Shown in pieces: positions 9,866-22,237 of a stretch of 64,000 bases of DNA. Source of the DNA: Bdellovibrionales bacterium. GTDB taxonomy: Bacteria > Bdellovibrionota > Bdellovibrionia > Bdellovibrionales > UBA1609. The stretch is taken from positions 160,001 to 224,000 of the forward strand of contig CBDCMT010000001.1 of NCBI GenBank assembly GCA_965219095.1, given 5' to 3'. The notes beneath the pieces are model-generated. The model saw only the letters and a list, made by a program, of their open reading frames with translations. It had not been told where the DNA came from and made no database searches. Numbering within the stretch: position 1 is the stretch's first letter; every line of letters begins with the position of its first letter. The position numbers and the translations under genes are program-made.

Positions 9866-10060
9866 ATTTTCCCCCTATGTTCTATGAAAGACGTGAAACT
9901 TAAAAAGTTAACATCCTTCTGTTATTTAATTTATTTTGAGTTCTATTTACTTAGGCTAAAGAACTCTTATCCCTATCTTTTGGCTATCAGTTATTTAAAA
10001 ACCATTCTCCTCCCTTCTTGAAGTACTTATACTTTTTCATAGATGCTTTTAAAACATATT

Positions 10061-10100
10061 GAAGTGAACAGAAGTGGACAGAAGTATACAGAAGTGGACA
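10061..10100. repeat. Four tandem 10-bp repeats, consensus GAAGTGGACA
   Basis: gaagtgaaca gaagtggaca gaagtataca gaagtggaca. Confidence 0.9.
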
Positions 10101-10193
10101 TATAATTTTCAAAAAGAATTGTAAAAATAACAATGAATTGACCTTGATGACCCATTGAGTTAAAAAATCTAAGTTGTCACATAAGCTGTCATA

Positions 10194-10264
10194 TAGTGCT
10201 TCCGTTTAAGTTTTCAGGGTTTTTTCTCTAGAGAATCGACCGGAAAATCTAAGCGGAAGCACTA
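10194..10264. mobile_element. ~71-bp IS630-derived MITE
   Basis: Both ends match the IS630-B termini (TAGTGCTTCCG...CGGAAGCACTA); flanked by TA; second copy at 46427-46496. Confidence 0.85.
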
Positions 10265-10294
10265 TATAACAGTCCGTTTCCTGCAAAAGGTTGT

Positions 10295-10517
10295 CCTGAC
10301 TTCGACACAACACAGTGAGTTAAAAAAAATATTTCCGTTCTTTTGGCTCTAACTTTTAGTTGAAGGAGTTATACACAGGTTTTAGGTTGTTTCTGTGGCC
10401 CCGGCCCATTTTACAAGTTTGCAAAAGTTGTTTAGCCTTTTTGAAGAATGTTTGTAAAAGTAACATCAAAGTCTAAGGGTAAAAAAAGTGTACGGATTGT
10501 AGAGTCTGTTTGGCTTA
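10295..10517 (+). mobile_element. IS1634 left-end fragment
   Basis: CCTGACTTCGACAC terminus and transposase start MFVKVTSKSKGKKSVRIVES (ATG 10448); truncated by IS256. Confidence 0.75.
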
Positions 10518-13323
10518 GAGGATGTCCCATTTCTCGGTGGAATTCTGCTCAAAAATGGAGCAGAGTAAGAGGGCTCCCTGGTGGATTTTTAAGTCCACCT
10601 AGGGTTTAATAAATATTAGAATGAATTAAAAACTAAACGAAAGGAGCCCCAAATGAAGAATACAAAAGAAAAAATATCAATTCAAGAACTATCGGATCAC
10701 AAGGAGATTCAAGATGCTGTTCATAACTATATGAAGCATAGAATTCTTGACGTAATCTACCGGATGTTTAATGACGAAGTCACTAAGCTGTGTGGTCCAC
10801 TATACAATCGAGAGAAAGAATGCATGCGAAGTGGAAGCGATCCTGGGTCTGTTTATGCTCAAGGACAAAGAGTTTCAATTCGAAAGCCCAGAGTTAAAAA
10901 AGACGGAAAAGATATCAAACTACAAACATACTCTGCCTTGAGAAATTACGATGTTTTCACTGAAAAGATTCAAAACCACCTTTTCCATGGAGTTTCAACA
11001 AGGGACTACGATCCTCTTTTAGAGGAGATTTCTGGTGGCACAGGAGTTAAGAAGAGTTCTGTTTCTAGAGCTTTTGTAAATTCCTCTAAGAAGGCTTTAG
11101 ATGAGATAAGCTCTAAGGACTTGTCTAAGCATGAGTTTGTTTCAGTCATGATAGATGGAGTAGGCTTTGGAGATCGTACAGTGGTGCTTGCTTTAGGTAT
11201 CGACGTGACGGGCAAAAAGCACATTATAGGGTTACGAGAAGGAACTACAGAAAATTGCGAGCTGACAAAAGATCTTTTAGAGAACCTTGTTTCTAGAGGT
11301 TCAGATAAGGGCTATCTTTTTATTATTGATGGTTCTAAAGCTCTAAGGAAGGCTATCAAGGCAGTTTGGGGAAAAAAGTCTGTTGTTCAACGTTGCATTC
11401 GTCACAAAGAAAGAAATATCCTCAATTATTTGCCAAAAGAAAGACATCAAGAGTTTCGCATTCGTTGGAAAAGACTTCATGGTTCAGTAGATTATGAATC
11501 GGCTTTGAAAGAGCATGAGGAGTTAGTTTGTTGGTTGAAACAGATCAACCATTCAGCTTTAGAATCTCTTGAAGAAGCTTGTAATACCAATTACAGAAAT
11601 TAATTCGACATTTTCATGTTCAAATTTAAAATTTTAAAATTGACTTAAGGAAAAGTTTCAGTTAGGAGATTTTAAAAAAACTTCTTTTAAGGTGAGTTTA
11701 AGTTTTCATAAGATAAGTTTATTTCAGGTATATCTATTTGTTGTGTAAATCGATTGATGGGTTAAAATAAGTGTAAAAAAGTGAGGGTAAAATTTAAAAT
11801 GACAAAAATCAGTTACACAATTTAATTTATAGGTTCAAATTAATTTACAAGCTTGATTCATCTTGTTGTTTTGTCCAAGATCGAGTGCATAATTTTTTAA
11901 TCCTGCCCTCCTGATCGCAAAAAGTATTCCAGGCCTCACAACAAGTATTCAGTATATGGTCATAGTTTTTAAAACATGCATTCGATAATTTGATCCTTCG
12001 TAATTGTTGCCAGACTTGTTCCATGGGATTTAATTCTGGACTATAAGGAGGTAAAGGCATCAGGGATAAATTCTTAGGAACTATCAAAGTCTCTGTGGTA
12101 TGCCAACTGGCTCTGTCCATTAAAACAATTCCATGATAGTTTTCTTGAATATTTTTAGATATCTCATCTAAGTGAATTTGCATCATCCCTGAATTACATT
12201 CCGGTAAAATCCAAGCACAGCCTTTATCTCTATCCGGACAAACTGCTCCAAAAATATAAGTGGATAAAAATTGTCTTTGCCTCACAACTCTAGGCCGTGT
12301 GCCTTTTCTTGCCCAAATCCTACTCAAAGAACCTTGCTGAGCTTATTCTGCATTCATCCTGCCACCAAATCTCTTTTTTATTAGTCTGAATCTTTTCCTT
12401 TATTTTCTCCACCTCTTCTGGAAAATGTTCCTTAAACTGTTCCATAGCTTCTTAATGAACTTTTAGGATGAAGAGAACGACCACTGATCCATACAATATT
12501 AAGGCGGTCTAAAGAAACATAAACCCCAGAAAGAGAATAGCAACAGTCAAATTCATCTGCTAAAAGTTTCTGTATTTCCTTTGCTCCTATGCTTCCTCCC
12601 TCTCTTTTGTCTTGAATTTCATCTAACTTGATTTTGAAGTTCTCTTCTTCTGTCACTGGCAAACGAGGCTTGCGTCCTCTGCCTTCTCGATCTATCAATC
12701 CCTCGTAATCAAAGTCTACAAAAAAAGACTGTAACCAGGATTTGATACTGTGACGGTGATACAAAACCATACCTGCTGTTTCTTGAATCGATTTTCCTTC
12801 TTGCATATGCTGCAAAGCCAATAATTTTGTCTTGATGTTGGCACTTCTTTCTACTTTGTAAGTAGCTAGAAAATCATACCCTTGAATCTGTGTAACTAAA
12901 TCTTTTTTCGACATGACTCTAAAAATTTAACAGAGTTTTATCAAAAAGCCAGGACGCAATGCGTTAAAAAAATGTCGAATTAATTTTTGGAAATGGTATA
13001 AGGAGACTTTGACTGTGATTCGTCTTAAAGCTACCCCCTCCTTAAAAAAGACTTTACTGTCTACAAATCCTATAGAGTCCATGTTTTCCTACACAAGGTA
13101 TAGAACAGGGAGAGTTAAGAACTGGAAAAGAGGAGCAGACCAAGTGAGTCGTTGGGCTGCTGTTACTCTCTTTGATGCTGAGAAAAGATTTAAACGAATC
13201 AGAGGCTTTATGTATTTAAAAAACTTTAAAGAAAACTTAGAAAAAATGGTTGCAAAACAAAGAAAGGTCGCTTAAACATGAAATCGCCCTCTAACTAATT
13301 CCACCGAGAAATGGGACATCCTC
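10518..13323 (+). mobile_element. IS256-family element; transposase (10653..13275) interrupted by IS630-A
   Basis: IRs GAGGATGTCCCATTTCTCGGTGGAATT at both ends; GVSTR, IDG, QRCIRHK and STNPIES motifs. Removing 11584-13000 restores the frame seen in the 63637 copy. Confidence 0.93.
11584..12998 (-). mobile_element. IS630-family element type A, frameshifted (ORFs 12432..12914 and 11845..12327)
   Basis: TA duplication at 11582-83 and 12999-13000; IRs TACCA..AAATTAATTCGACA; QDE, MDRASWH and LPPYSPELNPME motifs. Confidence 0.93.
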
Positions 13324-13634
13324 CTAAAATCTTGCAAAGGAGGAAGACCGCTGTTGCTGGAATTTTTTCGAACCTGTTTTTCTAAAAGCACAACAATCAG
13401 AATGTTCACAACCTTAAAGAGAGATTCAAAAACCACAGAAATCTCAGTAGGCACAGAACCTTTCTTTGCAAGCTTATCAAAGTCACTTCTTATATTTTCA
13501 ATCTCATTTCTGATGGAGGTCTTATTTATTGTCATTTGAAAAAAGTATTTAAAAGAAAATCTGTAAGAGCAAGACTTTTATCTTAAAACAGGTCTAAAGT
13601 TAGGGATAACTGAACAATGTAGGTGAGCAGTTAC
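13324..13634 (-). mobile_element. IS66-family end fragment with the transposase N-terminus
   Basis: GTAACTGCTCAC terminus; KNSSNSGLPP motif; near-identical to 26981-27302. Confidence 0.8.
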
Positions 13635-13658
13635 CATAAATCAAAGATAAGATAAAAT

Positions 13659-15191
13659 TTAATGAGGTTTTCGAAAATGTTTTTTTGAAAGAATCTGCCT
13701 TAGTTCATCTACTTTGAATATGTAGCTTAAAAGAAAATAGATAACCACAGAAAGAAAAATTCTTCCTAGAAGAGAAAAGAGGCTTACATTGAGATCTTGT
13801 GAGGCATAGAGAACCAAGGCTAGACCTAAATTAGGAATGATAAACCCTAAAAACCTTTTCAGTATCTTCTTGTAATGGAATTTACCTATAAGGATCTGAA
13901 ACCCTAATAAAAGAAAACAAAAATTCATACATCCACTTATGAGACTAGAAACAATAAGACCTTCGAATCCATAAGATAAAACCAAAAAATCTGCTAAAAA
14001 CCAATGTCCTAAAATGGTCAAAAAAGCACATAAAGAAGGATAGACTGTGTTTCTAAAACTATAAAATCCAGAGGCTAAAAGAGTAGAACCGCTTAAAACA
14101 ATAAGAAGAGGACTATAAACTTTCACTACATAAGATGTCTGCATAACTTCTTCTTGTCCAAAAAATCCTCTCATAAAAATCACTTCTACTAAAGGATCAG
14201 CTAAGAAATAAAGCCCTAAACTAGCAGGCAATGTAAGAAAAAAAAGAAGACTTAAGTTCTCTTGTAAAACTCTTGTTAATTTTTTAGGCTCTCTATAATA
14301 ATTTGAAAGAAAGGGTAAAAGAGCTGTTCCCAAACTTACAGCTATAAGAGAGCGAGGTAAATCCAAGATCCTTTCTCCAAAATAAATAAAAGAAACAACC
14401 CCTTCTCCTATATAAGTAGCAAAGTACAAGTTAATAAGGCTTAAAATTTGCAAAACACCTAAGCCAAAAATAGCAGGCAAAAGTTTCTTAATAAAAGTTT
14501 TAAAGCCTTCTGTTTTAAAGTTTAAAGATGGTTGTACTAAAAAACCTTTTTTCTTAACTGCTATTACAAGAAAAAATGCTTGAAAAAAGCCTCCTATTAA
14601 AACTCCTAAAGCTAAAAACTCAGGTTCAAGTGTTTTTTTAAGATAAGCTATGAAGCTAAAAACAATGATTCCTAAGTTTAAAAAAGAAGGAGTTATACCA
14701 GGAAGAAAAAAACTTTTTAAAGAATTAAGAACCGACATATAAAAAGAAAAACTTACAATCAAAATTAAATAAGGAAATAAAATCCTCGCAACAGTAACAA
14801 TCCTTTGAATCTCTTCTGCCGAAAGACTTTTTTCGCTTGTAAGAAGCGATATCAAAAACTCCATCTTCCAGACTGCTAACAAAGAAAGACTAAAGGAGAT
14901 AAGAAGTAGAAAACCCAAAACACTAGCTGAAAAACAAAGAGCTTTCTGAGAGGATTCTCGCTTTAAACCCACAAAAAGGGGTAAAAAACTTTGAGATAAA
15001 GCCCCCTCTCCTAAAAACCTTCTAAAAAATTGGGGAAGACGAAAGGCTACTAGAAAGATATCAGTTATAGTTTGAGGAAAAAAGCTTGAAAGCGAGATAT
15101 CTCGAATAAGACCTAAAATACGACTTGTCATAGTACCTAGAGACATTAAAGCTGCAAACCAGATGATCTTTCTTTGTCCTTTTTTTTCCAT
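13659..15191 (-). CDS. murJ: Lipid II flippase MurJ
   Basis: SRILGLIRD and AFRLPQFFRRFLGEGALS motifs; polytopic membrane protein; divergent from rpsT. Confidence 0.95.
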   Translation of the reverse strand: MEKKGQRKIIWFAALMSLGTMTSRILGLIRDISLSSFFPQTITDIFLVAFRLPQFFRRFLGEGALSQSFLPLFVGLKRESSQKALCFSASVLGFLLLISFSLSLLAVWKMEFLISLLTSEKSLSAEEIQRIVTVARILFPYLILIVSFSFYMSVLNSLKSFFLPGITPSFLNLGIIVFSFIAYLKKTLEPEFLALGVLIGGFFQAFFLVIAVKKKGFLVQPSLNFKTEGFKTFIKKLLPAIFGLGVLQILSLINLYFATYIGEGVVSFIYFGERILDLPRSLIAVSLGTALLPFLSNYYREPKKLTRVLQENLSLLFFLTLPASLGLYFLADPLVEVIFMRGFFGQEEVMQTSYVVKVYSPLLIVLSGSTLLASGFYSFRNTVYPSLCAFLTILGHWFLADFLVLSYGFEGLIVSSLISGCMNFCFLLLGFQILIGKFHYKKILKRFLGFIIPNLGLALVLYASQDLNVSLFSLLGRIFLSVVIYFLLSYIFKVDELRQILSKKHFRKPH

Positions 15192-15257
15192 AAACGTCTT
15201 TTTCCTTGCCTTTATTAAAAAACTGCGATACTAAAATTTAACTATGGGAGGTGTCCA

Positions 15258-15524
15258 TTGGCAAACCATAAATCTGCAACCAAAAGAGCTAGGCAGTCAG
15301 AAAAGAAAAAAATCCACCATTTATCCATTAAAAGGACTTTAAGAACCTTAGAAAAAAAGCTTAGGATGGATTTGGAAGAGAAAAAAATTGATGAAGCTAA
15401 AAAGAGCTTCCACGTTTTTATGACAGAAATGGCAAAGGCTGGTCAAAAAGGTATCTTCCACAAAAACAAAGTCTCTCGTAAGGTAAGTCAAATAGCTCAG
15501 AAGCTCCATAACCTACAAAAATAA
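15258..15524 (+). CDS. rpsT: 30S ribosomal protein S20
   Basis: ANHKSATKRARQ...KGIFHKNKVSRK; TTG start with a GGAGG RBS. Confidence 0.96.
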   Translation: MANHKSATKRARQSEKKKIHHLSIKRTLRTLEKKLRMDLEEKKIDEAKKSFHVFMTEMAKAGQKGIFHKNKVSRKVSQIAQKLHNLQK

Positions 15525-15773
15525 GCTTAAAAATATAATGGGCTTAATGCTGTGCATTACCAAACTCTTTCCTCCTAAGTGAGCAGAACAGGCATTGCTC
15601 ACAATTTTCTTCTAGAGCAGTTTTATTTTTGATTTTTTAAGTTTTTCAATGCAGTCCAACGTAAGTCGGTTTCTTAACAGCCCTTGACTTCTACTGAGGA
15701 AACTTTTCTTCTTTTTCTCATTTTATTTCCTAACATCTTCCCAAAGCGTTTAAAATCTTATGACTGGTATTTT

Positions 15774-16850
15774 TTAAATGTCTGTATAAGACTTTGAAAA
15801 TTCATAGGTCAATATTTTTTGCCTCCTCAAAAGAATCTGTGGGTTCCCGGGAGGAGTCTTTTCTTTTTGATAAGCCACATTAGAATCACAGTAGTTGTTA
15901 AAATAAAATTCAAGAAGCTCAGGTTCAATATAAATGGCTGTGTTTTTAAAAGATTCCTTTCTTTCATATTCAGAAGAGTAAATGATCTCACCTGCCTTTG
16001 CTCTGTTGTAAACTTCATCACTAGCAGCTATGAAGAGATGTCCCTCATGAACAAAAAGAGCTTTCTTGTTATGACACTCAAAATTCATAAAAGACCCCGA
16101 CATGCCATATAAACCAGGACATCTATGGCCTAGGCTCCTTTTGATCACTCTTTCATTTTTTCGTATTTTCATCCAACTAAGATTGTGGCAAGTATGGCTT
16201 TGTATGTAATCTTTTATAGCTTTTAGTTCATTTTTTTTCATCTTTTTTAAATGAGATTTTGTTAAAACTGAAGTAATTCTTGCTTGAAGATAGGGGTCTT
16301 TAAAGCAGGAATCTAAGTCTTCTTTGTTTGCTACCCTTTCTATATCGATCTCAAAAGCAGGGATATTGCCTTTTTTGCGGTATCGTTTAGGCATAGGAAT
16401 CAGGGCTTGATCCACTCCTGAATAATGAAGTTCATCATCCAGAACATAACCAGGACTTACAAGACAGTTGTGAGGTTTAAGACATTTTTTTTGAAGAGAA
16501 AAGATATTCTTTCTTGGAATATCAAAATCACCGTTATGATTATAAACCGTAATAACTTTATAATCTTTACTAGGTGCTACACAATGACCTGCTGTAAGAA
16601 GAAGAGGGTCTTTACATTTTTTTGCTCCTCTTTTAAGTCTTATAACAAGTCCTGAACAAATGACTGTTGTTTCTACTCTTACAGTTGCATTTCTGATGGT
16701 TTCATCAACAAGGGCCTTAAAAAAATGACAAGGTGGGTGAGGGCAAAAAAGAGTTGTTATGGAGTTAAGTTTTGAGAAGGGGTTTTCTTCATCACAAGCC
16801 TCTAAGAGGATGGGAAGAAAGATAAGAAAAAAAAGAATCAAAAACCTCAT
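15774..16850 (-). CDS. Trypsin-like (S1) serine protease, secreted; C-terminus altered by a micro-element
   Basis: Signal peptide; LTAGHC, DQAL and GMSGS triad motifs; reads through the 15821-15858 element. Confidence 0.75.
   Translation of the reverse strand: MRFLILFFLIFLPILLEACDEENPFSKLNSITTLFCPHPPCHFFKALVDETIRNATVRVETTVICSGLVIRLKRGAKKCKDPLLLTAGHCVAPSKDYKVITVYNHNGDFDIPRKNIFSLQKKCLKPHNCLVSPGYVLDDELHYSGVDQALIPMPKRYRKKGNIPAFEIDIERVANKEDLDSCFKDPYLQARITSVLTKSHLKKMKKNELKAIKDYIQSHTCHNLSWMKIRKNERVIKRSLGHRCPGLYGMSGSFMNFECHNKKALFVHEGHLFIAASDEVYNRAKAGEIIYSSEYERKESFKNTAIYIEPELLEFYFNNYCDSNVAYQKEKTPPGNPQILLRRQKILTYEFSKSYTDI
15821..15858. mobile_element. 38-bp ISL3 micro-element inside the protease 3' end
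   Basis: GCCTCCTCAAAAGAATCTGTGGGTTCCCGGGAGGAGTC; flanks are T-rich but not a perfect TSD. Confidence 0.85.
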
Positions 16851-16868
16851 ACTTAAGTTCTATTTTAA

Positions 16869-17320
16869 GTAAGTCGGTTATATGACCGCCCTATCCAAGA
16901 TTAAATTTTTCTTAAGAGGGAGGATTTTATGGAAGAAGGGATTAATTTAAAAAAGAAGATACAGCTTTGTCGAGAGGAGAATTCCAACAAGAAGCTTATC
17001 CGCTACCCAGAAGCTCTTAAGAGAGAGATTCTAGATTTTTTGAAAGAGGAAAAGGTTTCTAAATTTTGTAAAGAAGCAAAAGTCAGCCTCTCTACAATCA
17101 ATAACTGGAAGAAGTCTTATGTTTCAACAGTATCCCCTAAGAAGTCTCTTTTTAAGGCTGTTTCTTTGAAAAAGGAAAAGTCATGTGATGAAAGAGAAGG
17201 TCTTAGTTTTAAAGGGTCTAGATTGGGAAGTTCACTCCTCCCGAAAATCTGTGGAAGAAAAGTAGTAGACATCCTCCAAAAGGGTCACATCAGGCAAAGC
17301 AAGGAGTCTGTGAACTAAAT
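16869..17320 (+). mobile_element. IS66-family (second type) left end with TnpA-like HTH ORF 16929..; truncated by a degenerate ISL3 left end at ~17233
   Basis: GTAAGTCGGTTATATGACCGCCCT terminus (related ends at 15661, 19517 and 63219); RYPEALK...VSLSTINNWKK HTH. Confidence 0.65.
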
Positions 17321-17701
17321 TGTGTAACTGAAGATAATACAATAGGAGTACTGCATTAAGCTGTAGTATTCTTAAACTTAAAAAAACATCTGAAACTAAT
17401 GGATTAGTAGTAAACACGGACAATTAGGAAAGGATAAGAATTTTATCTATGCAACGACTCCTCAAGAAATAACCATCCCCTAAGAAAAATTATCTTTATA
17501 AGGTGGTTTTTCTTAGGTAGAACTTTTCTCTTTTTCTTGAAATTTGGATTACAGGCTCTTCTAAAAAGCAGGGGCTTTGATTTTTAAAGAAGTGCTTTAA
17601 GATATGTCCTTTTTTTAAAAGTTAAAAAAATCTTCTTTGATAAAACTTGATCTCCAAGCATTAAAAGTTTTAAAAGATTTTGTAAAAAAGAAATTTTTTA
17701 T

Positions 17702-19084
17702 TTATTTTTTAAGGTATTTTGATTCATAAGAGTGATACTCTTTCATTATAGAACGTGCAGACCAAAGCAGAAATAGCATGTTAGGATAAACCATAAGGCC
17801 TAAGCCGATATCCAGTACGTTAATTACGTCATTGAGAGATAAAAGAGCTCCCATAACTATAGTGAGGCTGTAAAAAATCACAAAAGAATAAAAGCCAAGA
17901 CCTTTTCTTCCTTTGAAAAGAAACTGCCAACATTTTTCACAATAATTGGAATAACCTAAAATGGTTGTAAAAGAAAATAAAAAAACAGCGGTTCCTAATA
18001 AAATTACTCCTATATTAGAAAAAAAGTACTCAAAAGCATCTAAAGTTAGAAGAACTCCCTCTTTAGCATGTGCTAAGTTGTATTCTAAAGAAGAGCTTTC
18101 CATACCTTGTTGTGTGAGATAACAGAGAATGACAAGGGCTGTGCAAGTACAGATTATAAGAGTGTCTAAAAAAGGACCTACCATAGAGACAAGACCCTCT
18201 GCTATAGGTTCACTTGTTTTAGCGTTAGAGTGAGCCATAGGGGCTGTTCCTGCACCTGCTTCGTTTGAAAACAAGGCTCTTTTAACACCTATGAGCATAA
18301 CGCTTATGAATCCTCCATAAGCAGCACTTTCAAACTGAAAAGCTCCTTGAAAAATCAGTTTAAAAAGGTAAGGGATTTTTTCTATGTTCATGATTAAAAC
18401 AATGATACAAAAAGAAAAATAAAGAAGGCACATTAAAGGTGTAATAAGAGATGTTATACGGGAAAGTCGTCTTACTCCTCCTAAAGTAAGGTAAGCCACA
18501 ACACTAGCCACAGCAACACCAAAAAATAAAGGGTTTATAGAAAGGTGTTCTTTAGAAAAACTTGTAAGCTGATTGATCTGAAAAATGGTCATAGTGCCTA
18601 AAAGACCTGAAATGGCAAAAATATAAGCTAAAATGATCCAAAATTTGTTTTTTGTCTGAGACATATAATACATAGGTCCGCCTTGAACTTCATGTTTGTA
18701 GTCTTTTGCTCTGTGTAAAACCGCAAGAGTGCATTCAAAAAACTTTGTGTTCATTCCTAAAAAAGCCACAATCCACATCCAAAAAACAGCTCCCGGTCCT
18801 CCTAATTTAATAGCTATAGCTACACCAGCAATGTTTCCCATGCCAATGGTGGCAGATAGAGCGTTAGAAAGAGCCTTGAAATGGGTGATTTGCCCTTCAG
18901 CTTTTTTTGAGCCTACGTGTTTTTTTCCTAAAGTGATCTGAAAAGCATGAAAAATCTGTAACAAAGGTCGACCCCTAGATACTAGCATAAGATAAAGGCC
19001 TCCTAAAAGAAGTAAACTTACAAGAGGAAGGCCCCATACAAGGTCAACAGTTTGATTTAAAAACTCTGAGATCATTTGTTTCAT
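17702..19084 (-). CDS. Alanine/glycine:cation symporter (AGCS family)
   Basis: ATIGMGNIAGVA, GGPGAVFWMW, GGPMYY and RALFSNEAGAG motifs. Confidence 0.95.
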   Translation of the reverse strand: MKQMISEFLNQTVDLVWGLPLVSLLLLGGLYLMLVSRGRPLLQIFHAFQITLGKKHVGSKKAEGQITHFKALSNALSATIGMGNIAGVAIAIKLGGPGAVFWMWIVAFLGMNTKFFECTLAVLHRAKDYKHEVQGGPMYYMSQTKNKFWIILAYIFAISGLLGTMTIFQINQLTSFSKEHLSINPLFFGVAVASVVAYLTLGGVRRLSRITSLITPLMCLLYFSFCIIVLIMNIEKIPYLFKLIFQGAFQFESAAYGGFISVMLIGVKRALFSNEAGAGTAPMAHSNAKTSEPIAEGLVSMVGPFLDTLIICTCTALVILCYLTQQGMESSSLEYNLAHAKEGVLLTLDAFEYFFSNIGVILLGTAVFLFSFTTILGYSNYCEKCWQFLFKGRKGLGFYSFVIFYSLTIVMGALLSLNDVINVLDIGLGLMVYPNMLFLLWSARSIMKEYHSYESKYLKK

Positions 19085-19530
19085 GATTTTATTTTCTTTG
19101 GAGGTGTTTTTTTAGTCAAGCTCTTAAATCTTTATTTAAAAAATCCACTCTATAGACAGCATCTTTAAAGTCTCTTTTCATCTCTTCGTAGTAGGGAATG
19201 TATTGTTCTACAAGATTCCAAAATTTTTGAGAATGGGACATTTCCTTAATGTGACATAATTCATGGACTATCACGTAATCAATAAATTTTAAATGAAAAG
19301 CAATTAACTTCCAGTTTAAACTGATTTTTTTGTCATCGGAACAGCTTCCCCATAAAGTTTTCTGTCCTCTAAGGGTCACTCTCTTAGGATAAAGTCCTGT
19401 TTTTTTAGACCAATAAATGATTCTTTTTTTGTAACTGCTCACTCTCGTAAGTTTTTATTTAAAGCCATAGAGATCGCTTCTAAAGAAGAATACCCTCTAT
19501 TTCTCATTGTTTTAACGTAAGTCGGTTATA

Positions 19531-22237
19531 TAGTGCTTCCGCTTAGGTTTTCCGTTTTTTTTGAGTTGAGGTCTAGTTTTTATTCTAAGGCTTTGATAAA
19601 AAGTCATTTATTTTTAAAAATAGTTTCATATGTCAGGGTTTCTATCAAAAAAAGAGCGAAAAGATTTACTCTATGAACTATCTCTAGAGAAAAATCTTAG
19701 GTACGGAAAAAGGATTATGACAATTCTCCATTTAGATAAAGGTAAGTTGTGTAAAGATATTTCCTACTTTCTTTTCCTTGATGAGGGCACGATAAGAGCC
19801 TATAGAGAGCGTTATAACAAAGGAGGGATAGAGTATTTAATCAACGACAATTACAATCCTAAAAGGTCCTTTTTAACTAAGAAAGAGGAGAAAATGCTTT
19901 TAAAGGAATTAGAGAAAAGAATTTTTCCATCATCACAGGCCCTTATTCAGTTCATTGAGGAGAATTTTGGTGTTACGTACTTTAACAAGTGGTGTAATTG
20001 ATCTTCTCCATCGCCTTGGTTTTTCTTATAAAAAAGCCACAGCGATACCGGGCAAAGCGAAGAGAGAAGAGCAGAAAAAGTTTGTGCGTAAATACAAGAG
20101 AATTAAGAAGAAGGGTGGTCTTGTTTACTTTGCTGATTCCACACATCCTGAGTGGGGCCCTACGATTTCATATGGTTGGATAAGAGAGGGTAAGAAGTTT
20201 GAAGTGAAGACCAATTCAGGCTGGAGAAAAAGAGTGAATGTTTGTGGAGCTATTGAGATCAATAGCTTGAAGACAGTAGTCAGGAGTTATAAGACAGTTA
20301 ACGAAGTTTTTCTATGTGATATGCTCTATCATATTCATTAAGAAGCATCCCGATGAAAAAGAGATTCATCTTATCTTAGTCGAACGTGAAAAATTGACAA
20401 AAGCCTAGGATTTTTATGCTGTATGATCTTTATTCCTGTTACTTTCTACTATAGAGGGTTAAATATTTTTTCATAACTTAAACAAAACAGTAGTTTTCAA
20501 GAAGGCGTACAGGCCTTTTAAGCCATTTCAGTGAAAAAAACGAAAAAAGACGCACCTCTAGCATTAACTTTCTAAAATTTTGAGAAACTCCTGATAAAAG
20601 ACTATTAATAGCATCCCCTTGTGATCCTAATAAAAAGTTCCTTCCCATACGAGAATCTATTTTCATATGACCAATGATTGCCTCAACTGAACTTCTTCTT
20701 CTGTGAAGTTTTCTTTTGTAGGGACTTAATGTTTTACTCATTCCCCCAATATGAACATTAACTCCCGAAGGATGATGCTCTTTGCCACGATAACCTTTAT
20801 CTACATACAAATTTTTTGCCTTAACCTTTGTTAAGGATTCAACTTGAGATAAGGCTGGCTTTAAACTGTGAACATCTGATACATTTTTTTCAAATGACTT
20901 TACCCCTAAAACCCAGCAATTTTTTGATGAAGTTGCCACACTCACCTTATTGCCAAATTCATATTTTTTATGGGCTTTGCCCTTCCCTATGCAATAAACC
21001 TCAGGAGCATGAACACTATACACCTTGTTCTTATCCCCTCTTTTTTGGTTATAAATTCTTACACATAAAGATAAACATCTTTTTAAAGATGTATTCTCTT
21101 CCAAGAACTTAGGACCTCCTTTTCTTGTAACATCTCTTATCACACGACCTAGATAAGTATGAAGCTTTCTTTGCTGTTTTCTTGCTAAACGTATTTTTCT
21201 TGTATGAGCATAACGAGCATTCTTAAACAAACACTCCTTGGCCTTTCTTTTATAGCTTTGACGTAAAACTAAACCCTCTTTTTTAGCCCTGTGAACTAAA
21301 GTCTTTAAAGCTTTGTAATAAAGACGGCTGTCTGTAGGAAAAGCTATTGCTTTCTCTTGAACAGTTGTATCAACAACTACATTCTCAAACTCTTTTTTTT
21401 TTACAAAATCCTCTCTCAAAGCTAAATCAATGGTTTCCTCTAAGAGAACTTCTATCTTCTCAGCCCCCATCCTCTTTCTCCAGTTAGTCAATGAACTTCT
21501 ATCACAGGGATCTTCATAAGAATAAAAAGGCTGACCACAAAAATACTGCCATTGAGGACTCTCTTTGAACATTTCTATTGTCTTCTCGTCACTTAAATTA
21601 TAAATGTATTTCAAGCACTGAAGTCCCACCATTAAACGAGTTGAAAGACCTGGACGACCTTTTTTTTCATCATACTTCGAACCAAAATCTTTATCAAAAC
21701 GATCCCAGTCTATTTTATTAGCTAAAATGACAAGCGGATGCTTCTTATGAACAATGTCGTTTACTCTAAAATTAAGAGGGCTTCTCTTTTGTGTGCTGAA
21801 CATGTCTTTTGGCCTCATCTTTTTTCCTTTCTGTTTTGCAAGGTTTTTTATCTGTTTTTCCACTTCCTTGCAATTATTTTTATGCAAAAATTACAAAAAA
21901 ACAAGTGTTTTTAGCTGTTTGTGCATTTTTCACGTTCGACTATCTTAGATGGGGCCGGATACAATAGATCGAAGTCTGTCAAGAAGTTAGCGAAAGAGTT
22001 GAATATAAAACTTGTTTATCTTCCTCCGTACTCACCGAATTTAAATCCTATAGAAAGACTTTGGAAGTTTATGAAAAAAGAGGTCACGGCGAATCGATAT
22101 TATGAAAACTATGACGATTTCAAGGGAAGTTTAAGTCAATTTTTTAGAGGAATACGAAAACACAGGCCTAAATTAGAAACTTTGATAACTGATAACTTCT
22201 CCATCTTAGGAACCTGAAAACCTAAACGGAAGCACTA
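19531..22237 (+). mobile_element. IS630 type B, frameshifted, interrupted by IS5
   Basis: TA duplication inside an IS66 end (GTAAGTCGGTTA-TA-TGACC); ORF pieces at 19630, 19955 and 21941 match the intact 47164 copy. Confidence 0.92.
20379..21940 (-). mobile_element. IS5-family element, apparently intact transposase (20478..21887)
   Basis: IR GTCGAACGTGAAAAA; 7-bp TSD TATCTTA; VDTTVQEK, KGKAHKKYEFG, VDKGYRG and RSSVEAIIGHMK motifs. Confidence 0.93.

Noticed and set aside
10174..10191. TGTCA direct repeat as a Pho box
   Set aside because: The period is 12 bp rather than 11, and it abuts a MITE insertion.
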